Shown: positions 49,611 to 60,875 of the stretch, piece by piece
Position numbering within the stretch: the first letter of the stretch is position 1
Layout: the number at the start of each line of letters is the position of its first letter
NCBI GenBank assembly: GCA_013151935.1
Contig: JAADHI010000012.1
Location: forward strand, 1-61,443
Source of the DNA: Candidatus Manganitrophaceae bacterium
GTDB lineage: Bacteria > Nitrospirota > Nitrospiria > SBBL01 > JAADHI01
Reading direction: 5' to 3'
Length of the DNA: 61,443 nt
Notes under the pieces: model-generated
Told to the model about the DNA's origin: nothing
The model's input: the letters and a program-made list of their open reading frames with translations, nothing else
Database searches by the model: none
Position numbers and translations under genes: made by a program

Positions 49611-50054
49611 TTGTTTATAGGACAGTTCACCCATACCATCGACTCAAAAGGTCGTTTAAGCATCCCAGTCAAGTTCCGTGAAGACATCAACTCCAAATCA
49701 AAAGGCACTGTATTTATCACAACCGAGCTTGATCCCTGTCTAGTCATCTACACCATAAAGGAATGGAAAACACTCTTAGAAAGAATAAACAATTTTCCAG
49801 TGATGAATCAAGGCGTCAAAGCCTACAGGCGTCTACTTTTTTCCAGGGCCACGGAATGCAGTCTCGATAAACAAGGACGGATTTTAATCCCTCAGAACCT
49901 ACGTGAACACGCAGGTTTGTCTGGAGACACTTATTTGGTTGGGAATGACAATAAAATTGAAATTTGGTATCCGGGAAAATGGGATGCCTCTGAATCCAGC
50001 GCAATGGAAAGCATGAACAATATTCGGGAAGAACTTGCAAAACTGGGCATGTAA
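49611..50054 (+). CDS. mraZ: Transcriptional regulator MraZ
   Basis: HTIDSKGRLSIP, LDKQGRILIP, KIEIW. Confidence 0.96.
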   Translation: MFIGQFTHTIDSKGRLSIPVKFREDINSKSKGTVFITTELDPCLVIYTIKEWKTLLERINNFPVMNQGVKAYRRLLFSRATECSLDKQGRILIPQNLREHAGLSGDTYLVGNDNKIEIWYPGKWDASESSAMESMNNIREELAKLGM

Positions 50055-50076
50055 GACGAATGGGAAGATCTTAAAC

Positions 50077-51024
50077 ATGCCGGAATCAATAGAAAATAAA
50101 CATCAGCCCGTCATGGTCGATGAAGTTTTAGACGGACTCAATTGCCGCGCCATAGAAAATGAAGGGGACGCGGGAAAAACCTATGTCGATTGCACGCTGG
50201 GGCTGGGCGGACACAGCGAAGCCATCTTACAGACCAGTACTGCCAAAGACCAGCTCATTGGCATCGACCGAGATGGAATAGCCCTTCAAATGGCATCCGA
50301 ACGGCTCAAAAAATTTGAAGATCGTCTAACTTTGCAAAAAGGCACATTTTCTACCCTCAAAAAAATAATGACCACATTAAAACACGAAACAGTTGACGGA
50401 ATTTTATTTGATTTTGGCATCTCTTCCTATCAACTCGATACGGCCGAACGCGGCTTCTCTTTTCAAAAAACCGGGCCACTGGACATGCGGATGGATTCAG
50501 AATCTGGAGAAACCGTAGCGGCTCTACTCAATCGTTTGACCGAAAGAGAGTTAGGTCTTTTGATTAGGACGCTCGGAGAAGAGCGATGGGCCTCACGCAT
50601 CGCCTCTCGAATCGTAAACACCCGAGAAGAAACAGGACCGATCACACGCACAGAAGAATTAGAAAATATTATTTGGCGTGCCACGCCCGCAAAGGCACGG
50701 CATGGGCGTATTCATCCCGCAACGCGCACCTTTCAAGCGCTTCGCATGGCCGTCAATCACGAAATCGAAGAAATTGAAGCAGGCTTAGAAGCCGCTGTCT
50801 CGCTCTTGGCTTGTGGTGGAAGACTCGTGGCAATTTCCTTTCACTCATTGGAAGATCGCACGGTAAAACACTGTTTTCGCGCTTGGGAAAAAGCAACAAA
50901 ATATAAATCAGAACATAAGTTTATCAACCTTCATAAAAAACCGATCATCGCCAGTCCAGACGAAATTGCTCGGAATCGACGCGCACGTAGTGCCAAACTG
51001 CGCGTGCTCGAACGGGCGGCTTAG
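50077..51024 (+). CDS. rsmH: 16S rRNA m4C1402 methyltransferase
   Basis: HQPVM, DCTLGLGGHS, GPLDMRM, FQALR, SFHSLEDR, RSAKLR. Confidence 0.97.
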   Translation: MPESIENKHQPVMVDEVLDGLNCRAIENEGDAGKTYVDCTLGLGGHSEAILQTSTAKDQLIGIDRDGIALQMASERLKKFEDRLTLQKGTFSTLKKIMTTLKHETVDGILFDFGISSYQLDTAERGFSFQKTGPLDMRMDSESGETVAALLNRLTERELGLLIRTLGEERWASRIASRIVNTREETGPITRTEELENIIWRATPAKARHGRIHPATRTFQALRMAVNHEIEEIEAGLEAAVSLLACGGRLVAISFHSLEDRTVKHCFRAWEKATKYKSEHKFINLHKKPIIASPDEIARNRRARSAKLRVLERAA

Positions 51025-51035
51025 AAAAAACCGAA

Positions 51036-51332
51036 ATGAACAAACTGACAACAGCACTCATCCTTATTATCCCGATTGTGATCGTCTCATTTCTCTCTGT
51101 TTGGCAGAGAAATGACATGATTAAAACCGGATACAAAACCGAAATACTTCAGAAAGAAAAGCATGCGCTCCTTCGCCACAGAAAAGAACTGCGGGTTCAC
51201 GTCGAACGCCTGAGTGCGCTCGATCGAATTGAGCAGATCGCCCTGAACGAACTCGGCATGAAACATGCCGAGCCCGAACAACGGGTCTACATCACTGCAC
51301 AAGCGCTAGAGACACGGTTTAACGAGGACTGA
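51036..51332 (+). CDS. ftsL: Cell division protein FtsL
   Basis: TM, coiled coil, RIEQIA..ELGM; position between rsmH and ftsI. Confidence 0.85.
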   Translation: MNKLTTALILIIPIVIVSFLSVWQRNDMIKTGYKTEILQKEKHALLRHRKELRVHVERLSALDRIEQIALNELGMKHAEPEQRVYITAQALETRFNED

Positions 51333-51375
51333 CTTAGTCAGACCACTCAGTGGTTTTCATCTGAGAGGGAACCTT

Positions 51376-53190
51376 ATGGCGCAACACAATACAGATACGA
51401 CAAAACCCACCCCACTTTATGCGGTCAGTTTTGTCTTGTTCATGGGTTTTGCCCTTGTATTCGTCCGTCTGATTTTTATTCAGGGGATCGAACGCGACAC
51501 TTGGCTTGCACGCGCCGATCAGGCCCAGGAAAAAACAGTCCAACTTGAGCCAGAACGGGGTACAATCTACGACCGAAATGGCAACGTCTTGGCCATGAAT
51601 TTTGACCGCCCTTCGCTTTACGCCATCCCTGGTGAGATTAAAAACCCGAAAAGAACAGCGAAAAAACTCGCCAAGATATTAGAGGTCCGCTCAGACCGTC
51701 TCTTGCGCAAACTCAAGAGAAAAAAGGCTTTTGTATGGCTTAAGCGCAAAATTAATCTTGAACAAATGAAAAAAATTGACACCCTTAAAATCAAAGGCAT
51801 TCGCTCTGTCATGGAAAGCAAACGGGTTTACCCCAAAGGCAATCTTTTTGGACAAGTCTTGGGTTTTACCGGACTCGACAACCAAGGCTTAGAAGGCATA
51901 GAAAAAAAACATGACCCCATTTTACGTGGCACAAGCGGAGCAATTATTTTAGAGCGCGATGCCCACGGCAAGTCCATTTTCCCAAAGGATTTGCAATACA
52001 TCGAATCTACGCCGGGCCGTGACCTCCACCTCACCGTTGATGAAAATATCCAGCACATCAGCGAACGTGAATTGAGACGCATGGTCGAAAGTAGCGGCGC
52101 GAAAGGCGGTACGGCCATTGTCATGAACCCCTGGAATGGTGAAATTCTTGCGATGGCGATTCAACCCGCATTCAACCCCAATGAAGTACGGACTTCAGGC
52201 CCGGCCCAGTGGCGCAACCGAGCCATTGCAGATTTTTACGAACCCGGCTCAACCTTTAAGATCATTACCGCCTCAGCCGCACTGGAAGAAAAGCTTGTCC
52301 GCCCCGAAGATCTCATTGATTGCGAAAAGGGGACCTATCGTGTGCGTGGCACGACCATTCATGATCACGACCCCTTCGGCATTATCTCTTTTCGTCAAGT
52401 CATTGCCCATTCCAGTAACATCGGGACGATTAAAATCGCAGAAATTCTAGGGACCGAACGTCTTTCAAATTATGCACGGGCCTTTGGTTTTGGTGAACGG
52501 CTGGGCATTGCACTCAACGGAGAATCCCCTGGTCTGCTGCGTAAGACAAAAAACTGGTCTGGACGCTCCTTGGCCTCCATCGCCATCGGACAGGAAATCG
52601 GAGTAACCCCCTTGCAAATGGTCACAGCCACATCCGTTATCGCCAATGGGGGTTACCTCATGACACCGAAAATCATCCGCGAAGTTCGTGGAAAGAATGG
52701 CGAAGAAACAAACCCGCCTCAAATCAAACGCCGTGTCCTCTCTGAGGAAACCGCACGGGAGATGACGGAGATATTGAAAGGTGTTGTTTCAAATACAGGA
52801 ACAGCAATACGCGCCGCCGTTTCCGGCTACACCGTTGTCGGGAAAACAGGTACGGCACAGAAAATCGACCCCGAAACACGCCGCTATTCACCTGATAAAT
52901 TTGTGAGTTCTTTTGTAGGCTATGTCCCGGCGGAAGATCCTGTCATCACAATTTTAGTCATGGTGGATGAACCTGAAGGCAAGGGTTGGGGCGGCGAAAT
53001 TGCAGCACCTGTTTTTTCAAATATCGCCAAAGAAGTCCTGCATTACTTGAAAGTTGCACCCAATGCCACACCTCCTGAAGAAATCCCAGGGACACAGGTC
53101 GCAGGACACAGAGCAACAATGATTCGCACGACAGGAACGACAGAAGCTTCCATTCAAGATGCCGTCTACAAAATCGGCCCTGCGCGGTGA
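51376..53190 (+). CDS. ftsI: Peptidoglycan D,D-transpeptidase FtsI (PBP3)
   Basis: RGTIYDRNG, EPGSTFK, SSN, KTGT. Confidence 0.95.
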   Translation: MAQHNTDTTKPTPLYAVSFVLFMGFALVFVRLIFIQGIERDTWLARADQAQEKTVQLEPERGTIYDRNGNVLAMNFDRPSLYAIPGEIKNPKRTAKKLAKILEVRSDRLLRKLKRKKAFVWLKRKINLEQMKKIDTLKIKGIRSVMESKRVYPKGNLFGQVLGFTGLDNQGLEGIEKKHDPILRGTSGAIILERDAHGKSIFPKDLQYIESTPGRDLHLTVDENIQHISERELRRMVESSGAKGGTAIVMNPWNGEILAMAIQPAFNPNEVRTSGPAQWRNRAIADFYEPGSTFKIITASAALEEKLVRPEDLIDCEKGTYRVRGTTIHDHDPFGIISFRQVIAHSSNIGTIKIAEILGTERLSNYARAFGFGERLGIALNGESPGLLRKTKNWSGRSLASIAIGQEIGVTPLQMVTATSVIANGGYLMTPKIIREVRGKNGEETNPPQIKRRVLSEETAREMTEILKGVVSNTGTAIRAAVSGYTVVGKTGTAQKIDPETRRYSPDKFVSSFVGYVPAEDPVITILVMVDEPEGKGWGGEIAAPVFSNIAKEVLHYLKVAPNATPPEEIPGTQVAGHRATMIRTTGTTEASIQDAVYKIGPAR

Positions 53191-54713
53191 ACTGTCGGGA
53201 TTGCATCCGTATATTTAATGAGATTCACTCAGAGAAAAAGTCAAACATGATTGAATTACTCGGCAAACCCAATGTCGAAGTCGATGATATTTCAATCGAT
53301 TCAAAAACCGTTTTGCCCGGCACCTTGTTTGTGGCACTCAAAGGCCATACACAAGATGGACATGACTACATTGAAGAGGCCATCGCACGTGGGGCCAGCG
53401 CCATCCTACTGCAGGAGCCGATCTCAAAAAAATACAAGCAGGCCACACAAACAACCTTTATTCAGGTCAATGATACAAAAGAAGCCCTCAGACATCTTGC
53501 ACCCTATTTCTTCGACTATCCTGCAACAAAGCTCAAGCTCATTGGCATCACGGGCACAAACGGAAAAACGACGACGGCCTACTTGGTGGAAGCCTTGTTA
53601 AATCACGCAGGCAAAAACACTGGATTGATCAGCACCATTGCCACCCGTTACGCACAACACGAAAAAAAGGCAAAAAACACCACCCCCGGTTTGCTCGATC
53701 TGCAAAAGATTTTTTCAGACATGCAACAGGCCTCGGTAACAGATGTCGTCATGGAAGTCTCTTCACATGCCCTGGATCAAGAACGTGTCGCGGGGTGTCG
53801 CTTTGAGTCCGCTGTTTTTACCAATTTAACGCAAGATCATCTCGATTATCACAAGACAATGGAACACTATTTTGCCGCAAAAAAGATTTTGTTTGAACAA
53901 ACAAAGGGACAATGGATTGTAAATTTAGATGATGTTTGGGGACAAAAGCTTAGAGAGATCGCCCCCGATCGGGTTTGGGGTTACGGCATTGATCATCATG
54001 ACAGCCTCTACCCGATCTGCTTCAGATCCACCCTGGCAGGACTCAGCATGACCGTACAAACCCCAATCGGGGAAATTGGAATTGAAGCCCATCTTTCGGG
54101 ACGTCACAATGTCTACAATATCTTAGCCGCGATCGGAGTCGGTATTGCCTCAGGTCTTTCCAAAATCCAAATTACGGAGGGGGTCGCCGCACTCAAACAA
54201 GTCCCCGGGCGATTTGAAAAAATTGACTTAGGCCAAGATTTCACCGTCATTGTCGATTACGCACACACACCTGATGCCCTCGAAAGATTACTTTCTGCCG
54301 TCAAAACCCTTGGGCCAAAAAAAATCATCATCTGTTTCGGCTGCGGAGGAGATCGGGATCGTGGCAAACGCCCGCTCATGGGCGTGGCCGCGATGCAAGC
54401 GGATATCGTGATCCTAACTTCGGATAATCCACGCAGTGAAGCCCCCGAAAAAATTCTTTACGACATCGCGTCTGGCATCTCGACGCACTCAAAAAAAACA
54501 GGTCAAACATGCAATTACGAAATTATTGCTGATCGCGGGACAGCCATTGCACATGCGATCGCCCTCGCAAAAACAGGAGACGTCGTGCTCATCGCCGGAA
54601 AAGGGCATGAATCCGATCAAGAAATCGGCACACAAATCATTCCTTTTGATGACAGGGAATGTGCACGGCAGGCACTCATTGCACAAAACAAAATCAACAA
54701 CGAGAAAAGATAG
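53187..54713 (+). CDS. murE: UDP-MurNAc-tripeptide ligase (meso-DAP type)
   Basis: GITGTNGKTT, MEVSSH, DYAHTPD, DNPR. Confidence 0.96.
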   Translation: MNCRDCIRIFNEIHSEKKSNMIELLGKPNVEVDDISIDSKTVLPGTLFVALKGHTQDGHDYIEEAIARGASAILLQEPISKKYKQATQTTFIQVNDTKEALRHLAPYFFDYPATKLKLIGITGTNGKTTTAYLVEALLNHAGKNTGLISTIATRYAQHEKKAKNTTPGLLDLQKIFSDMQQASVTDVVMEVSSHALDQERVAGCRFESAVFTNLTQDHLDYHKTMEHYFAAKKILFEQTKGQWIVNLDDVWGQKLREIAPDRVWGYGIDHHDSLYPICFRSTLAGLSMTVQTPIGEIGIEAHLSGRHNVYNILAAIGVGIASGLSKIQITEGVAALKQVPGRFEKIDLGQDFTVIVDYAHTPDALERLLSAVKTLGPKKIIICFGCGGDRDRGKRPLMGVAAMQADIVILTSDNPRSEAPEKILYDIASGISTHSKKTGQTCNYEIIADRGTAIAHAIALAKTGDVVLIAGKGHESDQEIGTQIIPFDDRECARQALIAQNKINNEKR

Positions 54714-54716
54714 CGC

Positions 54717-56180
54717 ATGGGAGCAGCAGTAATGACGACAACACGCTGGACAATTCAAGACTTGCTGGAAGGCTGCCAAGGCACACTTGAAGGATGTGTG
54801 CCTCAAGAATCGGCCTGTGCGGGTTTTTCGATTGATACAAGAAGTCTCCGGGTCAATGACCTCTTTTTTGCCCTCTCCGGCCCGAATTCAGATGGACACC
54901 ATTTTGTCCTGGATGCCCTAAAAAAAGGTTGTCGCGGCGCAGTCGTCTCCCGTAGCGCCTTTGAGGCACAAAAAAATGAATGGCTTGTATACCAAACAAC
55001 ACATTTTTTCATCTGTGTCGCAGAACCCTTGCAGGCCCTTCAGACATTGGCAAAATGGCATCGACAACGCTTCAAGCTGCCACTCGTCGGGATTACGGGC
55101 AGTAATGGAAAAACCACCGCAAAAGAAATGACCGCCACCATCTTGGGTAAACGCGGCCCTGTACTCAAAACGGAAGGAAATTTTAATAACCACATCGGCC
55201 TGCCTTTAACCCTACTCCGTCTCTCGGAGGAACACCAAAGCGCCATCATCGAAATGGGGATTAGCCATTTCGGAGAAATGGCTACCCTTTGCGACATTGC
55301 CCAACCCACGATAGGCCTCATCACAAATATCGGCCCCGCCCATTTAGAGGGCCTCGAAAACCTTAAAGGTGTTGCAAGAGAAAAAGGACTTCTTTTTGAA
55401 AGGCTTCAAAAAATGGGAACCTGCATTATCAATCAGGACGACCCCTTTTTAAAAGACTGGACAGATCGTGTCGCAACACAGTGGACTTATGGCCTGCACA
55501 CAGAAACAGAACCCTATGATTTCAGTGCAGATCATATCAGGAGTGAAAGCGAAACAACGACCTTCATCCTCCACCAACACCGCTCAGGGGAGTCCGCCCA
55601 CGTGACCTTGCCCACTCCCGGCCGCCACCACGTCTCGAATGCCCTGGGTGCAGCAAGTATTGCCGCCGCACTGGGCATCCCCATAGAACAAATTGCCGAG
55701 GGACTTTCCGACTTTAAGCCCCTCTCTCAGCGCACACAGATCCTAAAAACAAAAGGCATCACCCTCATCTTTGATGCCTACAACGCCAACCCCGCTTCCG
55801 TCGAAGCCGCCCTCGACTTGCTCGCTGAACACCCTCAAAACACAGGTAAACGCATTGCGCTTTTAGGCGACATGTTTCAATTGGGCGATACCTCTGAAGA
55901 AGCCCATTACACGATCGGCTTATCTGTTGCGACCCACGGGATTGACGCGCTCATCGCACTCGGGCAGTACGCAGAAACCTTAGCCTCCGGCGCACGCGCG
56001 GGTGGCTTAACAGAAAGTGCCATTTCAGTCCACGCAGATTTCAGACATCTGAAAACCACATTAGATGAAGGACTTCAATCAGGAGATATCTTGTTGATCA
56101 AGGGATCGCGCGGGATGAAATTAGAACGTGTTTTGCCTTTATTGGGTTTACATGAAACGGGTTTAGGAGAGGGTTCCTAA
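54717..56180 (+). CDS. murF: UDP-MurNAc-tripeptide D-Ala-D-Ala ligase
   Basis: [30 protein letters not shown]. Confidence 0.96.
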   Translation: MGAAVMTTTRWTIQDLLEGCQGTLEGCVPQESACAGFSIDTRSLRVNDLFFALSGPNSDGHHFVLDALKKGCRGAVVSRSAFEAQKNEWLVYQTTHFFICVAEPLQALQTLAKWHRQRFKLPLVGITGSNGKTTAKEMTATILGKRGPVLKTEGNFNNHIGLPLTLLRLSEEHQSAIIEMGISHFGEMATLCDIAQPTIGLITNIGPAHLEGLENLKGVAREKGLLFERLQKMGTCIINQDDPFLKDWTDRVATQWTYGLHTETEPYDFSADHIRSESETTTFILHQHRSGESAHVTLPTPGRHHVSNALGAASIAAALGIPIEQIAEGLSDFKPLSQRTQILKTKGITLIFDAYNANPASVEAALDLLAEHPQNTGKRIALLGDMFQLGDTSEEAHYTIGLSVATHGIDALIALGQYAETLASGARAGGLTESAISVHADFRHLKTTLDEGLQSGDILLIKGSRGMKLERVLPLLGLHETGLGEGS

Positions 56181-57256
56181 TGTTTTACAATCTGCTTTAT
56201 CCCCTGCACGACACCTTCTCCTTTTTCAACGTCTTTCGCTACATCACTTTTAGGACGATCTACGCCATTGTTACGGCACTGGTCATCTCCTTTGTCATCG
56301 GCCCCAAGATCACGCGTTGGCTTGCAGCGCGTCAGATGGGACAAACGATCCGAGAGGACGGGCCTAAGTCACACCTCATCAAATCAGGCACCCCTACAAT
56401 GGGGGGACTGATGATTCTCATCGCCATTATTTCCTCGACCCTGCTCTGGGCCGATATGACAAACCGTTATATCTGGCTGACGCTTTTTTCAACCGCCGGT
56501 TTCGGCGTCATTGGTTATTGGGATGACTACTTAAAGTGCGTCAAAAAAGATCCAAAGGGGCTGCTCCCCCGTTATAAATTCAGTCTGCAAATACTGGTGG
56601 CCTTGATTACGGCATTGGGGCTTTACACCTCGCCCGCCTATTCGACCGTACTCTCCGTGCCCTTTTTTAAGGACTTGACCCCTGATCTCGGTATTTTTTA
56701 TATCCCTTTTGCGGTCTTGGTCATCGTCGGTGCCTCCAATGCCGTCAACCTTACCGACGGACTCGACGGTTTAGCCGTCGGTCCTGTCATGGTAACAGCG
56801 GTCGCCTATCTCATCGTCTCCTATGTCTCAGGCCACATCGATTTTTCAGAATATTTACTCATTCCTTACATAAAAGGTGGCGGAGAACTCGCCATCATTT
56901 GCGGGGCAATTATGGGGGCCTCTCTGGGGTTTTTATGGTTCAACGCTTACCCCGCCAGTATTTTTATGGGCGATGTCGGCTCTCTGCCCTTAGGAGGCGC
57001 GCTTGGCACAATTGCCGTGATTTCAAAACATGAGCTACTTTTGGCTTTAGTGGGTGGGATTTTTGTGGTGGAAGCCCTTTCAGTCATTCTTCAAGTGGCC
57101 TCTTTTAAATCACGCGGAAAGCGAATTTTCCTCATGGCCCCGATTCATCATCACTATGAGCTGAAAGGCTGGAAAGAACCCAAAATCGTGGTGCGGTTTT
57201 GGATCATTTCCATCATTTTGGGTCTCATTAGTTTAAGTACATTAAAGTTGCGATAA
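56180..57256 (+). CDS. mraY: Phospho-MurNAc-pentapeptide transferase
   Basis: [32 protein letters not shown]. Confidence 0.98.
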   Translation: MFYNLLYPLHDTFSFFNVFRYITFRTIYAIVTALVISFVIGPKITRWLAARQMGQTIREDGPKSHLIKSGTPTMGGLMILIAIISSTLLWADMTNRYIWLTLFSTAGFGVIGYWDDYLKCVKKDPKGLLPRYKFSLQILVALITALGLYTSPAYSTVLSVPFFKDLTPDLGIFYIPFAVLVIVGASNAVNLTDGLDGLAVGPVMVTAVAYLIVSYVSGHIDFSEYLLIPYIKGGGELAIICGAIMGASLGFLWFNAYPASIFMGDVGSLPLGGALGTIAVISKHELLLALVGGIFVVEALSVILQVASFKSRGKRIFLMAPIHHHYELKGWKEPKIVVRFWIISIILGLISLSTLKLR

Positions 57257-57262
57257 AACAAG

Positions 57263-58609
57263 ATGACACACAAAATAAAAGGAAAAAAAGTCACCGTCGT
57301 GGGCATGGGAAAAAGTGGCCTATCGGCTGCAGCACTGCTGGCAAAAGAAGGGGCAGAAGTCTTGATTGTAGACGACAATGCACTCAAAGCACCCTTGCCC
57401 CTTGCCAGCGGGATTCAATTCAAACACGGCGGGTGGAACGAAGCGGATTTGATGGATGCGGAATTTGTGGTTTTGAGTCCGGGTGTTCCACGCTCAAAAC
57501 TCCCGATAGAAGTCCTCAAAAAAGCGGGGATTCCACTTATCAGTGAAATAGAACTGGCCGCCTCACGCATTTCAGCCCCCATCATCGCCATTACAGGAAC
57601 GAATGGCAAAAGCACAACCACCACATTGGTCGGACAAATTCTAAAAAATTGGGGTTTGAATGTTTTTGTAGGCGGCAATCTCGGCCTGCCGCTCTCTGAA
57701 GCCGTCAACACTGATTGGGATTTTGTTGTCGCTGAACTGAGCTCTTTTCAATTAGAAAGCATGCAAGCTTTTCGCCCCCGCATCGCGGCACTTTTAAATA
57801 TCACCCCGGATCATCTCAATCGTTATGACAGTTTTCAAAACTACCAGGAAACCAAGTGGCGAATTTTTGAAAATCAGCACCCCGACGACCATGCCATTTT
57901 CAATCGTGATGACCCCCTCACCTTACCCCCCACTTATTCTGCCGATGCTGTTTATTTTAGCAAAAACCATGCACTGGATCGAGGGGTGTATCTTCAGGAT
58001 GGCATCATAAAAAGCACAATTTGGGGCGATGCAGACGATATTTGTCGCCTGGAAGATATAAAGGGTGGCGCAGCCCATCATATCGAAAATGCCTTAGCAG
58101 CGTGTGCGATTACCCAGCTCTGCGGCTGCGCAAACAAAGGCATTACACAGAGCTTACGGACCTTTAAAGGCCTCCCCCATCGTATGGAATTTATTCGAAC
58201 ACATGCAGGAGTACATTATGTGAATGACTCTAAGGGCACCAACGTCGGCGCACTCAAACAGTCGCTCGAAAGTATGCCCAAGGCCGTGATTTTAATCGCA
58301 GGCGGTCGAGACAAGGCTGCTGATTTCAGCACACTGCAAAAGGTCATTCAAAAAAAAGTCAAACACCTCTTCTTGATCGGAGAAGCCCGACACAAGATGG
58401 CCGCATGTTTCTCCGATCATCCGGCCCTTGAAACCATTGATTCCAGTGATGGCATGAAAGCTATGGAGATCGCACTTTCACGGGCGTCGGCGACAGCAAG
58501 ATCAGGAGAAACCGTCTTACTCTCTCCTGGCTGTGCAAGTTTCGACATGTTTCAAAATTATGAAACACGGGGCAATGGCTTTAAAAAGCTTGTAGAGGAC
58601 TTGCCATGA
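57263..58609 (+). CDS. murD: UDP-MurNAc-L-Ala D-glutamate ligase
   Basis: ITGTNGKSTT, ELSSFQL, NDSKGTN, SPGCASFD. Confidence 0.97.
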   Translation: MTHKIKGKKVTVVGMGKSGLSAAALLAKEGAEVLIVDDNALKAPLPLASGIQFKHGGWNEADLMDAEFVVLSPGVPRSKLPIEVLKKAGIPLISEIELAASRISAPIIAITGTNGKSTTTTLVGQILKNWGLNVFVGGNLGLPLSEAVNTDWDFVVAELSSFQLESMQAFRPRIAALLNITPDHLNRYDSFQNYQETKWRIFENQHPDDHAIFNRDDPLTLPPTYSADAVYFSKNHALDRGVYLQDGIIKSTIWGDADDICRLEDIKGGAAHHIENALAACAITQLCGCANKGITQSLRTFKGLPHRMEFIRTHAGVHYVNDSKGTNVGALKQSLESMPKAVILIAGGRDKAADFSTLQKVIQKKVKHLFLIGEARHKMAACFSDHPALETIDSSDGMKAMEIALSRASATARSGETVLLSPGCASFDMFQNYETRGNGFKKLVEDLP

Positions 58610-59793
58610 CACGCACACCTCTGCAAAATAAAACACAAATGTCACTGGGTTTTGGGCCAACAGTGACGCAAAAGACCAAGAACAGTCTTCTGACGACAGG
58701 AGATTGGATCTTGCTCGCCATCGTCGCCAGCATCACCCTCATCGGCCTGGTCATGGTTTACAACGCAAGCAGCCTCATTGGCGAAAAAACCTATCACGAC
58801 TCCCTTTATTTTATTAAGCGCCAATTACAGTGGCTCGCACTCAGTATCTTTGCCTTTTTGTTAGCATCACGTGTCAATCTGGATCGCCTCCGCTTAGGCC
58901 TTGTCCCCCTCACCTTATTGGTGTTTCTTCTTCTTTTTTCAGTCTTGATTTTTGGTGTCGAAATCAAAGGTGCGCGCCGCTGGCTCAAACTCGGCGGCCT
59001 CACTTTTCAAGTCTCAGAGTTGGCGAAACTTTTTACCGTGATTTATCTCGCACATTACATCGATAAAAACAGGGCCAAATTGGGCAATTTCCTAGAAGGG
59101 GCCATGCCCCCGCTCATTTTGCTGGGATTGATGTCCATGCTCATTTTACTGGAGCCTGATTTCGGGACAACCATCGTTATTCTCTGTATTACACTGTCAC
59201 TGCTTTTTTTGGGAGGTGTCCCGCCCAAACAACTACTCAGCATTACCATCGTGACCCTGCCCTTTTTTATCTATTGGGTGACATCCTCTCCCTATCGACT
59301 CAAACGCATCACAACCTTTTTAAATCCCTGGGCTGTTGCAAGTGAGGGTGGCTATCAAGTCATTCAATCCCAAGTCGCTTTAGGCAGCGGCGGACTCACA
59401 GGCACGGGCCTGGCGGGAGTGAAACAAGTGCTCTTTTTTCTGCCAGAGCCCCACACCGATTTCATTTTTTCTGTTTTTGGTGAAGCCTTTGGATTGATCG
59501 GGACAACACTCATTGTCTTGCTTTTTGTCGGTATTTTATGGCGTGGAACAAAAATTGCCTTGAACGCGTCTGGCCCTTATCGGCAAATTTTAGCAATAGG
59601 ACTGTGTTTTCTAGTGGTATTACCCGCCCTACTCAATATGGGGGTGGCCACAGGCCTGCTTCCGACCAAAGGCCTGCCCCTGCCTTTTATGAGCTACGGA
59701 GGTTCTTCCCTTGTCGGCAATAGCACCGCCATCGGGCTGCTTTACAATATTTCACGGCAAAGCCGAAATACATCAGGATGGATGGCATCATGA
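58606..59793 (+). CDS. ftsW: SEDS peptidoglycan glycosyltransferase FtsW
   Basis: GARRW, SELAK, EPDFG, PEPHTDFIF, SYGGSS. Confidence 0.95.
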   Translation: MTRTPLQNKTQMSLGFGPTVTQKTKNSLLTTGDWILLAIVASITLIGLVMVYNASSLIGEKTYHDSLYFIKRQLQWLALSIFAFLLASRVNLDRLRLGLVPLTLLVFLLLFSVLIFGVEIKGARRWLKLGGLTFQVSELAKLFTVIYLAHYIDKNRAKLGNFLEGAMPPLILLGLMSMLILLEPDFGTTIVILCITLSLLFLGGVPPKQLLSITIVTLPFFIYWVTSSPYRLKRITTFLNPWAVASEGGYQVIQSQVALGSGGLTGTGLAGVKQVLFFLPEPHTDFIFSVFGEAFGLIGTTLIVLLFVGILWRGTKIALNASGPYRQILAIGLCFLVVLPALLNMGVATGLLPTKGLPLPFMSYGGSSLVGNSTAIGLLYNISRQSRNTSGWMAS

Positions 59794-60869
59794 GAATCAT
59801 CATTGCGGGCGGCGGCACAGGGGGCCATCTTTATCCGGGCATCGCTTTAGCTGAAACCTTTGTCCGTTTGCAAAACAAGACACAAATTCTGTTTATCGGC
59901 ACCACTCAGGGCATCGGAACAAGCCCCATCCCCAAAAAAGGTTTTGATCTTGAAACGGTTGCAGCCACAGGCTTTGTCGGCAAAGGGCTTTCTGGAAAAC
60001 TAAAATCACTCTTTTCGATTCCAAAAGGACTCGGCCAATCGCTCGGTATTTTAAAAAAGTTTAAACCACAACTCGTCATCGGTATCGGTGGCTACGTGGC
60101 GGTTCCCGTGATGCTCGCTGCCACCCTGCTTCGCATTAAACGGGTCATCTTAGAACCCAATGTCATGCCGGGTTTGGTCAATAAGATCACTGCACCCCTT
60201 TCACACTTGGTCGTCACAACTTTTGAGGCCTCAAATCAACACTTGCCCCGTCATAAAATAAAACGGCTCGGCATCCCCGTACGTCCTGAAATATTACGAG
60301 CTAAAGACTCTCAAAAGAGTAAGGACACAGCAACCCTCGTCATCTTAGGAGGGAGCCAAGGCGCACATTCTATTAACCAAGCCATGATTGAAGCCCTTCC
60401 TTTTTTGAAAAAAGCCCCTCAGTCCCTTTCCATCATCCATCAAACGGGAAAAACCGACAGTGAAGACGTAAAAGCCGCCTATCGCGAATCCGGGCTTGAG
60501 GCCACGGTTTCTGCTTTTATTGACGATATGGCAACAACTTACAGCCGTGCTGACCTCATCATCAGCCGGGCCGGAGCAGGGACGCTTTCTGAAATTGCAG
60601 CGTTGGGAAAAGCGGCACTGATGATTCCCTTCCCTTATGCCGCAGGACATCAAATCGACAATGCCAAGGCCTTTGTCGAGATTGGCGCGGCAGAAATGAT
60701 TCTGGATCAGGATCTAAGTGGTGAGGCACTCGCAAAGGCCATTCTGGCTTTAATTGTTCATCCGGCACGTCTCAAAAAAATGGAAGAAGCCGCCTTGCAG
60801 CATGGCAATGTCAATGCCGCAGAAGACATTGTAAAAATGTGTGTCGGACTCATTGAAGGGACTGCTTAA
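59790..60869 (+). CDS. murG: Lipid I GlcNAc transferase MurG
   Basis: GGGTGGHLYP, GGSQGA, RAGAGT; ATGA overlap with ftsW. Confidence 0.97.
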   Translation: MRIIIAGGGTGGHLYPGIALAETFVRLQNKTQILFIGTTQGIGTSPIPKKGFDLETVAATGFVGKGLSGKLKSLFSIPKGLGQSLGILKKFKPQLVIGIGGYVAVPVMLAATLLRIKRVILEPNVMPGLVNKITAPLSHLVVTTFEASNQHLPRHKIKRLGIPVRPEILRAKDSQKSKDTATLVILGGSQGAHSINQAMIEALPFLKKAPQSLSIIHQTGKTDSEDVKAAYRESGLEATVSAFIDDMATTYSRADLIISRAGAGTLSEIAALGKAALMIPFPYAAGHQIDNAKAFVEIGAAEMILDQDLSGEALAKAILALIVHPARLKKMEEAALQHGNVNAAEDIVKMCVGLIEGTA

Positions 60870-60875
60870 AAGACC

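Noticed and set aside
51329-51365. Small hairpins between ftsL and ftsI (CTGACT-T-AGTCAG; ACCACT-C-AGTGGT)
   Set aside because: Too short to distinguish from chance without comparative data.
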